From: a virus
IMG/VR virus record: IMGVR_UViG_3300021594_000960
Span: 9,156 to 73,155 of that record
Strand: one strand, 5' to 3'
Length of the DNA stretch: 64,000 bases
The number at the start of each line of letters is the position of its first letter. Position 1 is the first letter of the stretch. Positions 47,416 to 57,987 of the stretch are shown piece after piece. The notes under the pieces were generated by a model, which was not told the DNA's origin, did no database searches, and was given only the letters and a program-made list of their open reading frames with translations. The position numbers and the translations under genes were made by a program.

Positions 47416-49428
47416 TTATCGTCCCTTTTTTTCTACAACTACATTTTCACCATCAACTTTTAACTTGTAGTTTTTATTTTCTAACATTTTTCCTGTTAGT
47501 ACTTCCTCTGAGAGTAAATCCTCGATTTTATCTTGGATTGCTCTTTTTAGAGGACGAGCACCATATAGTTCATCAAACCCGACTTTGGAAAGATACTCAA
47601 CCAATGTCTCGTCATAAGACACTTTATAGTTCATGTCCTCGAGTCTACCAATCAACTTCTTAAGTTCGATTTCAGTAATCTTCTTGATATCCTCTTTACT
47701 CAAACTGTTAAAGACAATAGTGTCGTCAATACGGTTTATGAATTCAGGAGAGAAGAAATTTTTCATTTCTTTCATCAATACCTGTTTTTTTGCTTCTTCG
47801 TTTCCGTAAGCACTTGTACCAAAACCAATACCTGTTCCGAAATCTTGAAGTTTTTTAACACCCAGGTTTGAAGTAAGAATAATCAATGTGTTTTTGAAAT
47901 TAATCTTACGTCCCAAACTGTCTGTAACGTGACCGTCATCCAAAATCTGAAGTAAAACAGTGAATACATCTTTGTGAGCTTTTTCAACCTCATCGAAAAG
48001 GATTACAGAATATGGTTTGTTCTTTACCTTTTCAGTAAGAAGACCACCTTCTTCATATCCAACATAACCAGGAGGAGCCCCCACCAATTTTGAAACAGTG
48101 TGTTTCTCTTGGTATTCGGACATATCCACACGAATGAGCGAGTCTTCTGAACCAAACATCTCTTTCGCTAATTGTTTAGCTAAGTGAGTTTTACCAACAC
48201 CTGTTGAACCCAAGAATACGAATGAACCGATTGGACGATTTGGGTCTTTGATACCGAGACGGTTTCTTTTAATTGCTTTAGCAATTTTCTTAACAGCTTC
48301 GTCTTGTCCAATAACCTTACCCATAAGTTCTTTGTCCAAGTTCAAAAGAGCCTTTGTATCGTCAACACTCATTTTGTTAACTGGAATTTTGGTCATATTT
48401 GAAACAACATCATAAACATCCTCCAAAGAAATTTGTTTTTTGTTGTTAATCATTTCTTCCTCGAACTTCTTTTTTTCAGCATCCAATTTGTCCAAAAGTT
48501 TTTTCTCTTTGTCTCTGAGTTGTGCCGCTTGTTCGTAGTTCTGTTTTTTTACAACTTCAATTTTTTGATTACGGATTTCAGCCGCTTTCTTTTTCAACTC
48601 TTCGATTGAAGGGGGAACTTTAAGTTCAGTTTGCATTCTTGCACCAACCTCATCCATAATATCAAATGCTTTATCAGGGAACTCACGGTCAGTAATGTAA
48701 CGGTCAGCGAGTTTCACACAAGTTTCAATTACTTCATCAGAATAAGATACTTTGTGATAAGTTTCATATTTGTCTCTGATGTTTTTAAGGATTTGAATTG
48801 TCTCAACAACAGAGGATGGGTCAACCATTACTTTTTGGAATCTACGTTCCAAGGCTCCGTCTTTCTCAATATTCTTACGGAACTCATCTAAAGTTGTTGC
48901 TCCGATAATTTGAATTTCACCACGAGATAGAGCTGGTTTGAAAATGTTAGAACCGTCCATAGAGCCAGCAGAGTTACCTGAACCAACTAAAGTATGAACC
49001 TCATCAATGAATACAATGATGTTGGGATTAGCTTGAAGTTCTTCGATGATAACTTTCATTCTTTCCTCAAATTGTCCACGGTATTTCGTACCCGCCACAA
49101 CTGAAGTCAAATCTAAATTGACCAATCTTTTGTCTATCAAATTTCTCGGACATTCCCCACTTACAATCTTCATTGCAAGACCTTCAACAATTGCAGTTTT
49201 ACCACAACCAGGCTCACCAATGATGATTGGATTGTTTTTCTTTCTACGAGATAAGATTTGAGCAATCCTCAGAATCTCACGGTCTCTTCCAATTACAGGG
49301 TCGAGTTTACCTTGTTCTGCTAACTTATTTAAGTCTCTACTGAAGTTATCCAAAACAGGAGTACTACTGTCTGAGTTCTGTTTTTGTTTTTTACTCATTT
49401 TTTCGTCGTCGTCCATTAAATCATTCAT
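47416..49428 (-). CDS. clpC: ClpC/ClpA-type AAA+ ATPase lacking the N-terminal Clp-repeat domain
   Basis: GEPGCGKT, GSTGVGKT, UVR-like coiled coil, IGF loop, GARPL. Confidence 0.93.
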   Translation of the reverse strand: MNDLMDDDEKMSKKQKQNSDSSTPVLDNFSRDLNKLAEQGKLDPVIGRDREILRIAQILSRRKKNNPIIIGEPGCGKTAIVEGLAMKIVSGECPRNLIDKRLVNLDLTSVVAGTKYRGQFEERMKVIIEELQANPNIIVFIDEVHTLVGSGNSAGSMDGSNIFKPALSRGEIQIIGATTLDEFRKNIEKDGALERRFQKVMVDPSSVVETIQILKNIRDKYETYHKVSYSDEVIETCVKLADRYITDREFPDKAFDIMDEVGARMQTELKVPPSIEELKKKAAEIRNQKIEVVKKQNYEQAAQLRDKEKKLLDKLDAEKKKFEEEMINNKKQISLEDVYDVVSNMTKIPVNKMSVDDTKALLNLDKELMGKVIGQDEAVKKIAKAIKRNRLGIKDPNRPIGSFVFLGSTGVGKTHLAKQLAKEMFGSEDSLIRVDMSEYQEKHTVSKLVGAPPGYVGYEEGGLLTEKVKNKPYSVILFDEVEKAHKDVFTVLLQILDDGHVTDSLGRKINFKNTLIILTSNLGVKKLQDFGTGIGFGTSAYGNEEAKKQVLMKEMKNFFSPEFINRIDDTIVFNSLSKEDIKKITEIELKKLIGRLEDMNYKVSYDETLVEYLSKVGFDELYGARPLKRAIQDKIEDLLSEEVLTGKMLENKNYKLKVDGENVVVEKKGR

Positions 49429-49480
49429 AGTAATTAATTTTTGTAAAGATGTATCAAATTTTGGACTTAACCAAACTTTG

Positions 49481-49551
49481 AGACAAAATGTCTTATAGTT
49501 TATTTATCAACTGACTTTTTGTCGTGATTAGTCTCACGGCACAAAAGTTGA
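49481..49551 (+). promoter_or_regulatory. Putative sigma54-type promoter with two upstream GAC-N5-GTC sites
   Basis: CGGCAC-aaaag-TTGA at 49537-49551; GACaaaatGTC at 49482 and GACtttttGTC at 49513, 31 bp apart. Confidence 0.5.
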
Positions 49552-49597
49552 CTATCACAAAGATAAATAATAAACTTCAAAAACAAAAATTAAAAAC

Positions 49598-49993
49598 ATG
49601 ATGTACGCTTCAGAATTTAATGACCTATTCGACACATTCTTTAACAACAGAGGTCGTAACAATTTTAATTACAGCACAACAGTCTTGAAAAATGGTTCAG
49701 ACGAAACTTATGAAATTAATCACACAAAAGATGGTGCATACCTATTCTTTGAGGCACCAGGTTTCAACAAAACCAATTTGAAGGCTGAAATGGAAGACGG
49801 AGTCCTCTACATTAATGGTAAAAGAACCTACAAATTAAATGGTGAAGAAAAAACAAAAACAATTAACAAGGAATTCAAAATCGGTGATGGTTATAATGCA
49901 TCTTCAATCGAAGCAACTATCGAAGATGGTATGTTAACTGTGTTTGTACCAAACTACAAAAAACAAGATAAGAAAAGAATTAGTATTCTTTAA
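49598..49993 (+). CDS. Small heat-shock protein (Hsp20)
   Basis: EAPGFNK..DGVLYING..ATIEDGMLTVFVP. Confidence 0.9.
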   Translation: MMYASEFNDLFDTFFNNRGRNNFNYSTTVLKNGSDETYEINHTKDGAYLFFEAPGFNKTNLKAEMEDGVLYINGKRTYKLNGEEKTKTINKEFKIGDGYNASSIEATIEDGMLTVFVPNYKKQDKKRISIL

Positions 49994-50055
49994 GATTCAA
50001 TAATGGACATCCGTAAAACCCTCATCATTTTGGTGGGGGTTTTGTATTTATAAAT

Positions 50056-50397
50056 ATGAAACCATATTTTGAATTAATTCAAGACAGTTTAGCCCTTAGA
50101 AATTTATTGGACGTTTATTTGGAGATGAGAAAACACTTTCAAGAGTTGGGTTTTAGTGAATCTGATTTGGATGACCCTCCAACATATACAATGAAGATGA
50201 TGCGTTTACACGATAGATTTACTGATAGATTAAATTCTTTACATCGTATGATTAGTGATTATGGATTTAATATTGAACGTGATGAATTGGTAAATTATGT
50301 ACATCCATTACTTTTAAAAATTAACGAAATAACACCTTTAAAAAATGGCGATAACAAGGGAAACAATACAGGGGACGAAGATAATCAACGAGATTAA
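50056..50397 (+). CDS. Hypothetical protein
   Basis: ORF track; TATTTAT upstream. Confidence 0.7.
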   Translation: MKPYFELIQDSLALRNLLDVYLEMRKHFQELGFSESDLDDPPTYTMKMMRLHDRFTDRLNSLHRMISDYGFNIERDELVNYVHPLLLKINEITPLKNGDNKGNNTGDEDNQRD

Positions 50398-50587
50398 ATC
50401 TTCCAATATTAAATCTGCAGAATACGATACAGAGTCAAAGAAACTCATTGTTGAATTTAACAACGGATTCAAATATGAGTATGACGAAGTACCCCATCAG
50501 ACATACACCAAATTTAGGATGGCAGAATCTCAAGGTAAGTTTTTCACAACAGATATTTCCAAAAAGTTCAAATACAAAAAACTATAA
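50345..50587 (+). CDS. KTSC domain protein
   Basis: SSNIKSAEYD..LIVEF..YEYDEVP..AESQGKFF. Confidence 0.9.
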   Translation: MAITRETIQGTKIINEIKSSNIKSAEYDTESKKLIVEFNNGFKYEYDEVPHQTYTKFRMAESQGKFFTTDISKKFKYKKL

Positions 50588-50608
50588 CACTCTGACTATT
50601 TATTTAGG

Positions 50609-51358
50609 ATGAGTATTACAAAAAAAATTCTTGATAGTTTTTCAATTAGGGATACCTTGAACCCAAAAGTTTGGGAAAATCCTGAAGACCCAAAAAAAGC
50701 AATTTTGAAAGACAAAGTTCAAAAGGCTTTACTACGCATTGCCGAAGAATTTATCGATGATTTGGGTGATGATATTTTTGTTGAAGACATATACCTTATG
50801 GGTTCTTTAGCCAATTACAATTGGTCAGAATATTCAGATTTTGATTTACACGTTATTGTAGATATGGAAAGATACGGTAAAGAAAAAGAATTATATGTTG
50901 AACTTTTTGATTTGAAGAAGAAGTTATTTAATTCCAAGCACGATATTAAGATTTATGGATACGATGTAGAGTTGTACGCACAAGGTTCAACTGATGAACA
51001 TCATAGTGATGGTGTATATTCTATAATGGACAATGAGTGGATTCATAGACCAACAAAAACACATCTAAAATTGAATATGGATGTTTTGAAGAAAAAAATT
51101 GATTCTTGGACAAGCAAGATAGATGATACCATTGAAGATGCTAAATCTAGCGGTAATGTTGAAAGTTTAAAAAAACTTAAAGACAAACTAAAAGACTATA
51201 GACAGTCGGGATTGAATAAAGAAGGAGAATTCTCGTACGAAAATCTTGTTTTCAAATATTTGAGAAGGTCAGGTTATATTGGAAAACTTTTTGATGAAAA
51301 AACAAAAATCAAAGACAAAGAGTTATCTATTGAAAGAAAATTAGAGGAATCAATCTAA
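50609..51358 (+). CDS. Pol-beta-superfamily nucleotidyltransferase
   Basis: GSLANYNWSEYSDFDLH; VELY. Confidence 0.85.
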   Translation: MSITKKILDSFSIRDTLNPKVWENPEDPKKAILKDKVQKALLRIAEEFIDDLGDDIFVEDIYLMGSLANYNWSEYSDFDLHVIVDMERYGKEKELYVELFDLKKKLFNSKHDIKIYGYDVELYAQGSTDEHHSDGVYSIMDNEWIHRPTKTHLKLNMDVLKKKIDSWTSKIDDTIEDAKSSGNVESLKKLKDKLKDYRQSGLNKEGEFSYENLVFKYLRRSGYIGKLFDEKTKIKDKELSIERKLEESI

Positions 51359-51433
51359 GTTTAGTATTTATTGTATTGTGATAGGCAAAATTTAATTATT
51401 TGCTGTAATCGTATATTTATAAAGAAAAAATAA

Positions 51434-52450
51434 ATGGCTTTAGTAACATATCTCGTAGGTTCGTGTTCTGGTGGTCCTGCAATACTTGTTGATTTCGATA
51501 GTAGCAATTTACCAGCAGTAAACGGAAATTATTATCTAACTTTCACAGGGGCAACAAGTGAAGGTTGTTATGATATAATTGATAACGCTGAACCTGCAAC
51601 AGGTGTTGATATGGTTGCAACATTATCATCAGATTATGGAGATTGTGCCACTTGCCTAGCGGTCGTTACTCCTACTCCTACATCAACAGCTACACCAACT
51701 AAAACTCCAACACAAACAGCAACACCTACAGATACTCCATCAGTTACTACAACACCTACAGATACACCAAGTGTTACTCCAACACCATCAGTTACTACAT
51801 CAGCAACTCCTACAGGTACACCTAGTGTTACTCCAAGTGTTACACCAACGGATACCCCTGGTAATACACCAAGTGTAACCGCTACCTCCACAGTGACTCC
51901 AACATTAACAGCATCAAACACACCAACACCATCAGTTACCGCAACTCAAACAGGAACACCAGCAGTTACACCAACTGCTACGGCAACAGCTGCGGTTACT
52001 TCAACCCCAACGCCAACAACTACAAAAACTCCAACACCGACACCAACACCTCCAGGGTTTTGGTTAATCACAGATTGTATCGGTACTTCGTGGAGTGTAG
52101 AAATTACGGGAGTGTCTCCAACAATTGGAGATATGTACATCTTCACATTTGATAATAATAATTTAGACTATAACTGTTACTTCGTCACTGATACCAGCTA
52201 TGGTCCAATAGTTGCAACAGCAACATTCCTAAGTGGTCCTTACGTAGACTGTGCCGAGTGTGGAGTTGTTTACACAGGTACATCAGTAAACCAATTCTAC
52301 GAGTATACCGCAGAAATGGAAGGTTCCTTCAGTGGAGGTACATTACCTCCAGGGACTCAAGTACCACATCCTGGATTTGCAACAGAGAACGGGATAGCAG
52401 TCCAACTAAACGCAGTACTCTTAGGAGGAGTAAACGGATTAAATAGTTAA
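51434..52450 (+). CDS. Cys-domain protein with long Thr/Pro linker (probably virion surface)
   Basis: Two related Cys domains (CY..YxDCxxC) flanking about 130 aa of TP repeats. Confidence 0.8.
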   Translation: MALVTYLVGSCSGGPAILVDFDSSNLPAVNGNYYLTFTGATSEGCYDIIDNAEPATGVDMVATLSSDYGDCATCLAVVTPTPTSTATPTKTPTQTATPTDTPSVTTTPTDTPSVTPTPSVTTSATPTGTPSVTPSVTPTDTPGNTPSVTATSTVTPTLTASNTPTPSVTATQTGTPAVTPTATATAAVTSTPTPTTTKTPTPTPTPPGFWLITDCIGTSWSVEITGVSPTIGDMYIFTFDNNNLDYNCYFVTDTSYGPIVATATFLSGPYVDCAECGVVYTGTSVNQFYEYTAEMEGSFSGGTLPPGTQVPHPGFATENGIAVQLNAVLLGGVNGLNS

Positions 52451-52470
52451 AAAAAACAATAGTTTATAAT

Positions 52471-53742
52471 ATGGCAGACTTAAAACCAATTGGAAGTGAA
52501 AAGCTCACAGGCCAAGACAAGATAAAAAGAATTATGGAAATTGCTCGTTTTAAAGAGAATATTCCTAATACATTGAATGAAACTAGTAGAAGCGAATACG
52601 GTATCAATCTTGCTGATGGGAAGTCCTATGAAATTGTAAAAGAAAGACAAGGATACATCATAAAGAAAGTTGTAACTGAAGGAGTTACAGAATATATTGA
52701 ACCAATGAAAAATAGAAAATACTATTCTTCATATTCACAAGCTTTCAAAAGATTGAATTTATTTGCTGCCGAGTTAAATAGATTAAACGAAAACGAAGAA
52801 GGTGTTTCACTTTTTGGAGAACAAAAGAAATTTGTTCTTAAAACTCCAAAACCAGCAGCGGAACCCGCTCCTGAAGCAATGGCGCCACCAATGGCTCCAC
52901 CACCAGTTCCTTCACCTGAACTTCCTCCTTCACCTGATGCTATACCTCCTTCACCTGAAGGTGGTGACCCAGGTATGGGTGCAGAAATGCCGATGGATAT
53001 GGGAATGGATATGCCTGATGAAGGTATGGGTGCTCCTGAAGGTGAGGAAATTTCAATGGATGCTGAAGTAGATACAGAAATGGGTGGTGATGTAGAAGAA
53101 AAAGTAACATTCAAAACAATTCAAAAACTTACAGGAAAACTAACTCAGAAAATTAGAACTCTCGATAATGAAGAAGGCATGACTTCTGAAAATATTAAGT
53201 ATGTTATCAACATGGTATTATCATCACTTGATTTGGGTTCTCTTTCTGAAGAAGATAAAGAGGACATCATGTCGAAATTTGACGAGGTTGAATCAGAAGA
53301 CGAAATGGGTGGAATGGAAGATATGGGACCTGAAGAGGACATTACATCAGATACAGAAGTAGAAGATATTCAAGCTGATATGGACGTACCTGTTGAAGGT
53401 GAAATGCAAGAGAGAATGGGTAACGGTGCAATTTTTGATAGTATTTTTGGAGAATCAAAAGTAGATAAAGTAATTTCAAAGTATTTTGAAGTAAGTAAAA
53501 AAGAAATCCTTGAAAACAGAGAGAAATTTGTACAGAAGAAAAGACAAAGCACTATTTCGGTTAAAAGACAAATGGTGGAGGTTCAAAGATTGGTTGAGAG
53601 TGTTGAACAAAAATTGGCGGCTCAAAAGTTTTTGGAAGAAAACACTAAAGCAACTATTGTTGGGAAAACTAATAAGAAAAATTTAGTTTTTGAAAACAAA
53701 GGTAAACAAGTTAAAATTTCACCTGAAGGATTGTTAGTATGA
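52471..53742 (+). CDS. Acidic/Pro-rich protein of the head gene module
   Basis: ORF track; context. Confidence 0.75.
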   Translation: MADLKPIGSEKLTGQDKIKRIMEIARFKENIPNTLNETSRSEYGINLADGKSYEIVKERQGYIIKKVVTEGVTEYIEPMKNRKYYSSYSQAFKRLNLFAAELNRLNENEEGVSLFGEQKKFVLKTPKPAAEPAPEAMAPPMAPPPVPSPELPPSPDAIPPSPEGGDPGMGAEMPMDMGMDMPDEGMGAPEGEEISMDAEVDTEMGGDVEEKVTFKTIQKLTGKLTQKIRTLDNEEGMTSENIKYVINMVLSSLDLGSLSEEDKEDIMSKFDEVESEDEMGGMEDMGPEEDITSDTEVEDIQADMDVPVEGEMQERMGNGAIFDSIFGESKVDKVISKYFEVSKKEILENREKFVQKKRQSTISVKRQMVEVQRLVESVEQKLAAQKFLEENTKATIVGKTNKKNLVFENKGKQVKISPEGLLV

Positions 53743-54058
53743 GTAAATTGATATACGTAAATGGATTAGGACCTAACTATAAGGGAGATAATCTTTACGA
53801 ATTCATTTTCTCGGATACTACGGACGTATGGGGAGATTCTTGGGAGAGTAAACCATCAAACGGTTATCCAACTCCACCCGAGTTAAAATATATCAAAAAG
53901 GTGGGAGTTCTGAGAAATACCGATATAAAGTTGGAATTGATTCAGAACTCCGATTTTTTTTCTATGATAGACGCAATGGATGACAAGAAATAAAAGATAA
54001 ACTCTATGAAAGAGATTTAATCTTAGAATTTGAAAAGAAAGAGGTTTATGAAAAATAA
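53739..54058 (+). CDS. Hypothetical protein broken by a frameshift near 53984
   Basis: Another frame continues QEIKDKLYERDLILEFEKKEVYEK* and overlaps the next start. Confidence 0.6.
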
Positions 54059-54875
54059 CGTTAAAGCTTACGAATTGATTGAGAAAGGCTTATCAGCCAA
54101 AACTGTTTCAAAATTGAATGAATCACAAATTGAAACACTTTATAAAAAATTGGTGATTTCTGAGCAAGTAACAGAAGTACCAACAAAGAAAACATTTAAA
54201 GTAGGTCCTAAGGGAGGTAAAGTTGGTAATGTTATGGTTTCCACTGACCCAAACACGAAAGAAGTTATAGTAACTACTGAAACTGAAATGACTGAGGATG
54301 AAACAGATGATGTTACAGACAAGAACGCTTTGGGTGCAGACGCACTCCAAAATCTTACAGGTCAGGAAGCACCACATGATGCTAATGATATGGCACCTGA
54401 TGGTATGGATGATGATTCAGATAACAACAGAAAAATGATGGGAATGTCTGAAGAAAAAAACAAACCGAACCCATGGGCTATTTGCCATTCTCAAGTTGGA
54501 CCGAAAAAATCAAGAAAATGGGAAAGATGTGTAAAAGAAGTAAAAAAACAGTTGGGAGAAGGAAAAAATCCAGTATCTTTGTTTCTTGAAAACGAAATTA
54601 TGAAAATTGTGGAAAAAAACTTACCTCCAAGAATAACTAAAGGTGATTTAGTTAAGTATCTTTCAGAAGCTGGTCCAGCCACAGCACCAACCAAACCTGC
54701 ACCTGGTACAAAGCCAGGAACGAAACCTGGTAAACCTGACCCAAGACCAAGACCTAAACACCCTGGTAAGAATCCAAATCCTGGTGAAAACCCTGCACCA
54801 AAAGCAAAAAAGGTTTCTCCTGAAGTTGCAAAAGATGAAGTAATGGATTTGATTATGAAATTATTAGAAAAATAA
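54048..54875 (+). CDS. Hypothetical protein of the head gene module
   Basis: NPWAIC..ERCV motif; Pro/Lys-rich tail. Confidence 0.75.
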   Translation: MKNNVKAYELIEKGLSAKTVSKLNESQIETLYKKLVISEQVTEVPTKKTFKVGPKGGKVGNVMVSTDPNTKEVIVTTETEMTEDETDDVTDKNALGADALQNLTGQEAPHDANDMAPDGMDDDSDNNRKMMGMSEEKNKPNPWAICHSQVGPKKSRKWERCVKEVKKQLGEGKNPVSLFLENEIMKIVEKNLPPRITKGDLVKYLSEAGPATAPTKPAPGTKPGTKPGKPDPRPRPKHPGKNPNPGENPAPKAKKVSPEVAKDEVMDLIMKLLEK

Positions 54876-54876
54876 G

Positions 54877-56184
54877 ATGGCAAAGAAATTAAAAGAACAA
54901 ATCAATTACGGGGATAGACCCGAGAGAATGGACCCGAATTTGGAAAGAAAACTTGGGGACCCTGAAAGTTTATATGCCAAGAACCCATCGATGAAAAAAG
55001 GAGTGTCCGATGTTCAAAGATTGGTGAGCTCCCGTTTTGGTAAAGTCGCTGATAAATTGAAACAAGTTACAGGAAATCAGAATATTGGTTCAAGACAAGT
55101 TCAACAAATGATTTATCAAGAAATGATGAGTCGTTTACCGAACATTATGAGAATTGAAGGTAGACATAGAGATGAACTTGAACAATTAGCGGTTGAGGCT
55201 TCTTTGGAAGAATTGCAGGTACCTGAAGATTGGTTTACAATTGAACCCTACTTAAATAGAGCCCCAATAGACACATCAAATTTCAGATACGAGCCAGATG
55301 AAGATGATGAAGAGGAAGAAGATGATGAGAAACCAAAATTATCTATTCCATCTTTTGATGTCGAAGATTTGACTGATGAAGAAATTTTAGAACTCGAAAA
55401 ACATAAGAGAAATATTATCAATGCAATCATCCAAGGGGCAGCGAAAAAAGGTCATTACCTTTTCCAAAAACCTGAGGTCAAGGCTAGATTAGATGCTATC
55501 GACCCATCTCTATATAGAGATTATTTGGGTATTATGGCAATCAACGATTTCCTTTATTTCACAATGGAACAAATGATTGAGATGATGAGTCAAACAGGTC
55601 AAGGAGTTGCAGGTAAAGTTGAATTGAGTGATAGCGGCCCTGATGACGAAGAAGAAGGTGGAGAAGAGTTTGAAGAAAAACCTGATACTGTAATCAAAGC
55701 TTTTGGTATGATGTTTCCAATCCTCTGCCATGAGATTATTAAAGGTGTTGAAGAAGCCAAAGGTAGATATGGTTTACCTCAAGACCAAGGAATGAGACAA
55801 AAGGTTCAAGGTCAGGTAGATTTACTTTCCAACGAACCAATGCAGTTAAGAATAGGTCCTGAAATTGTTGAAAAAATTAGATTTGCATTACCCGATGCAA
55901 TGTTTGACGACGAAAACAAAGGTCTGATAAACTGGTTTCACATTCAGTTATACCAAATACCTGCCGAAGAATTTTTAGAGATTATAGGAAATGCTATTTC
56001 CGAAGACCAATCCAAAGTCAAAAAGGCTACACAAAGATTCGATGAAATTATGAAAGAAGCTCAAGAACTCAAAAGAGAGTATGATGACTATAAGGAAGAA
56101 AATGGTACAGACTCTGAAGATGAGGACGATGAGGATGATTTGGATGATTTCTTAGGTGGTTTAGGTATATCGATGCCTAAATAA
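54877..56184 (+). CDS. Conserved protein upstream of terminase
   Basis: KRNIINAIIQG; FPILCHEIIKG. Confidence 0.75.
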   Translation: MAKKLKEQINYGDRPERMDPNLERKLGDPESLYAKNPSMKKGVSDVQRLVSSRFGKVADKLKQVTGNQNIGSRQVQQMIYQEMMSRLPNIMRIEGRHRDELEQLAVEASLEELQVPEDWFTIEPYLNRAPIDTSNFRYEPDEDDEEEEDDEKPKLSIPSFDVEDLTDEEILELEKHKRNIINAIIQGAAKKGHYLFQKPEVKARLDAIDPSLYRDYLGIMAINDFLYFTMEQMIEMMSQTGQGVAGKVELSDSGPDDEEEGGEEFEEKPDTVIKAFGMMFPILCHEIIKGVEEAKGRYGLPQDQGMRQKVQGQVDLLSNEPMQLRIGPEIVEKIRFALPDAMFDDENKGLINWFHIQLYQIPAEEFLEIIGNAISEDQSKVKKATQRFDEIMKEAQELKREYDDYKEENGTDSEDEDDEDDLDDFLGGLGISMPK

Positions 56185-56192
56185 CCCCAAAA

Positions 56193-57950
56193 GTGACTAA
56201 AGAACAATTAATTATAGAGGTTACAAAATGCATGAGGAGTACTCCTTATGCATTAAAAACCTATTTACAAACTTACGATAACACAGTTCAGAAATATGTC
56301 CCTTTGGATTTGTTTCCCGACCAAGTTTCTTTGATTGAGGACTACGATAACTACAACGAAAATATTGCATTAAAATATAGACAGGCTGGTGTATCTACAG
56401 TCACCGCAGCTTGGGCTTCAAAAAAACTTGTATTTGCCAAGAAAAACAAACCAGAAAAAATTCTGATTATTGCCAACAAATTGGATACCTCCGTTGAGAT
56501 GGCAAACAAAGTAAGGGGTTTCACTGAACAGTGGCCTTCTTGGGTTGGTGTAGGTTTTTCAGCGGAAAAAAACTCACAAAGACATTTCAAGTTAACTAAT
56601 GATTGTGAAGTAAAAGCGGTTGCGACTTCAAAAGACGCACTTCGTGGTTATACTCCAACTATATTGATTTTTGATGAGGCGGCGTTCATCGAGGCAGATA
56701 ATGATTTCTGGTCTGCTTGTATGGCCTCACTTTCTACAGGTGGTAAAGTTATAGTAATATCCACACCAAACGGATACGACGCAATTTATTACGACATCTA
56801 CGACCAAGCCTTAAGAAACATGAATGAGTTTAAAATCTCTGAAATGTTTTGGTATCGTGACCCACGTTATACTCGTGATTTGTATATGGTCAAAACTAAT
56901 GATTTGGTACATTTCCTTTTGAATAGAGAAGATTATCCCTCAGATACCATTGTAGATTTATCTATAGATAATCCATATGATAGAGACCATTCAATAACAA
57001 CTGATTATATTGAAAAGGGTTACAAACCTTGTTCAGCTTGGTTTGAAGGGATGGTAAAAAAACTCAAGTTTGATAGAAGAAAAGTTGCACAGGAATTGGA
57101 ATGTAATTTCTTGGGTTCAGGTGATAACGTTTTTGAATCCGAATTAATGCAAACAATTGCTAAGAACCAACTCAGAGAACCATCCGCAAAACTGATGGGA
57201 GGTTCCCTTTGGATTTTTAAAGAACCTGAGAACAGTCATAAGTATGTGATGGGTGTTGACGTATCAAGGGGAGACTCAGAAGATTTTTCATGTATTGAAA
57301 TAATTGACTTTGATGAAAGAGAGCAGGTTTTAGAATACGTTGGAAAAGTTCCCCCTGATGTAATTGCTGAAATAGCCTTCAAATGGGGGTCAATGTATAA
57401 TGCTTTTTGTGTTATTGATATTACAGGTGGAATGGGTGTTTCTACTGCAAGGAAAATGCAGGAAATGTCTTATCCCGCAGGTCTATATGTTGATAACGTT
57501 GACCCATCCAAAAAATGGAAATGGGACCCAAAATTGAATGAGAAAATCCCAGGTATAAATTTCAATTCCAAAAGAGTACAAATTATATCCGCTTTCGAAG
57601 AAGCAGTCAGACATGGATTCAAAACCTATTCTCACCGCCTATACAATGAAATGAATACTTTCATTTACGTAAATGGAAGACCAGACCACCAAAAAGGTCA
57701 TCACGACGATTGTATAATGGCGATGTCCATGGCTATATATATTGCTGAAAAATCATTCCAGTCATTACAAAAAGTTGTAAATCACACTAAAGCCATGTTG
57801 AATTCCTGGTCAACAGCAATCAACGAAAACAAAAACACATCTGAATTTTTCAACCCAATGGTTCCTCAAATGGGTAGACAAAATCCAAATTCACAAGGTC
57901 CAACCAAACAGGACTACCAAAAATATGGATGGTTATTTGGTGCAAAATAA
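56193..57950 (+). CDS. terL: Terminase large subunit (T4 gp17-like)
   Basis: KYRQAGVST, LIFDEAAF, ISTPNG, QELEC, GVDVSRG, HDD. Confidence 0.95.
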   Translation: MTKEQLIIEVTKCMRSTPYALKTYLQTYDNTVQKYVPLDLFPDQVSLIEDYDNYNENIALKYRQAGVSTVTAAWASKKLVFAKKNKPEKILIIANKLDTSVEMANKVRGFTEQWPSWVGVGFSAEKNSQRHFKLTNDCEVKAVATSKDALRGYTPTILIFDEAAFIEADNDFWSACMASLSTGGKVIVISTPNGYDAIYYDIYDQALRNMNEFKISEMFWYRDPRYTRDLYMVKTNDLVHFLLNREDYPSDTIVDLSIDNPYDRDHSITTDYIEKGYKPCSAWFEGMVKKLKFDRRKVAQELECNFLGSGDNVFESELMQTIAKNQLREPSAKLMGGSLWIFKEPENSHKYVMGVDVSRGDSEDFSCIEIIDFDEREQVLEYVGKVPPDVIAEIAFKWGSMYNAFCVIDITGGMGVSTARKMQEMSYPAGLYVDNVDPSKKWKWDPKLNEKIPGINFNSKRVQIISAFEEAVRHGFKTYSHRLYNEMNTFIYVNGRPDHQKGHHDDCIMAMSMAIYIAEKSFQSLQKVVNHTKAMLNSWSTAINENKNTSEFFNPMVPQMGRQNPNSQGPTKQDYQKYGWLFGAK

Positions 57951-57987
57951 CTATTTATATTATCAAGGTAAGAAGTAAAATTGTAAT

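Noticed and set aside
51660-52050. ACACCA-type repeats as a DNA element
   Set aside because: Explained by the Thr/Pro protein linker with synonymous variation.
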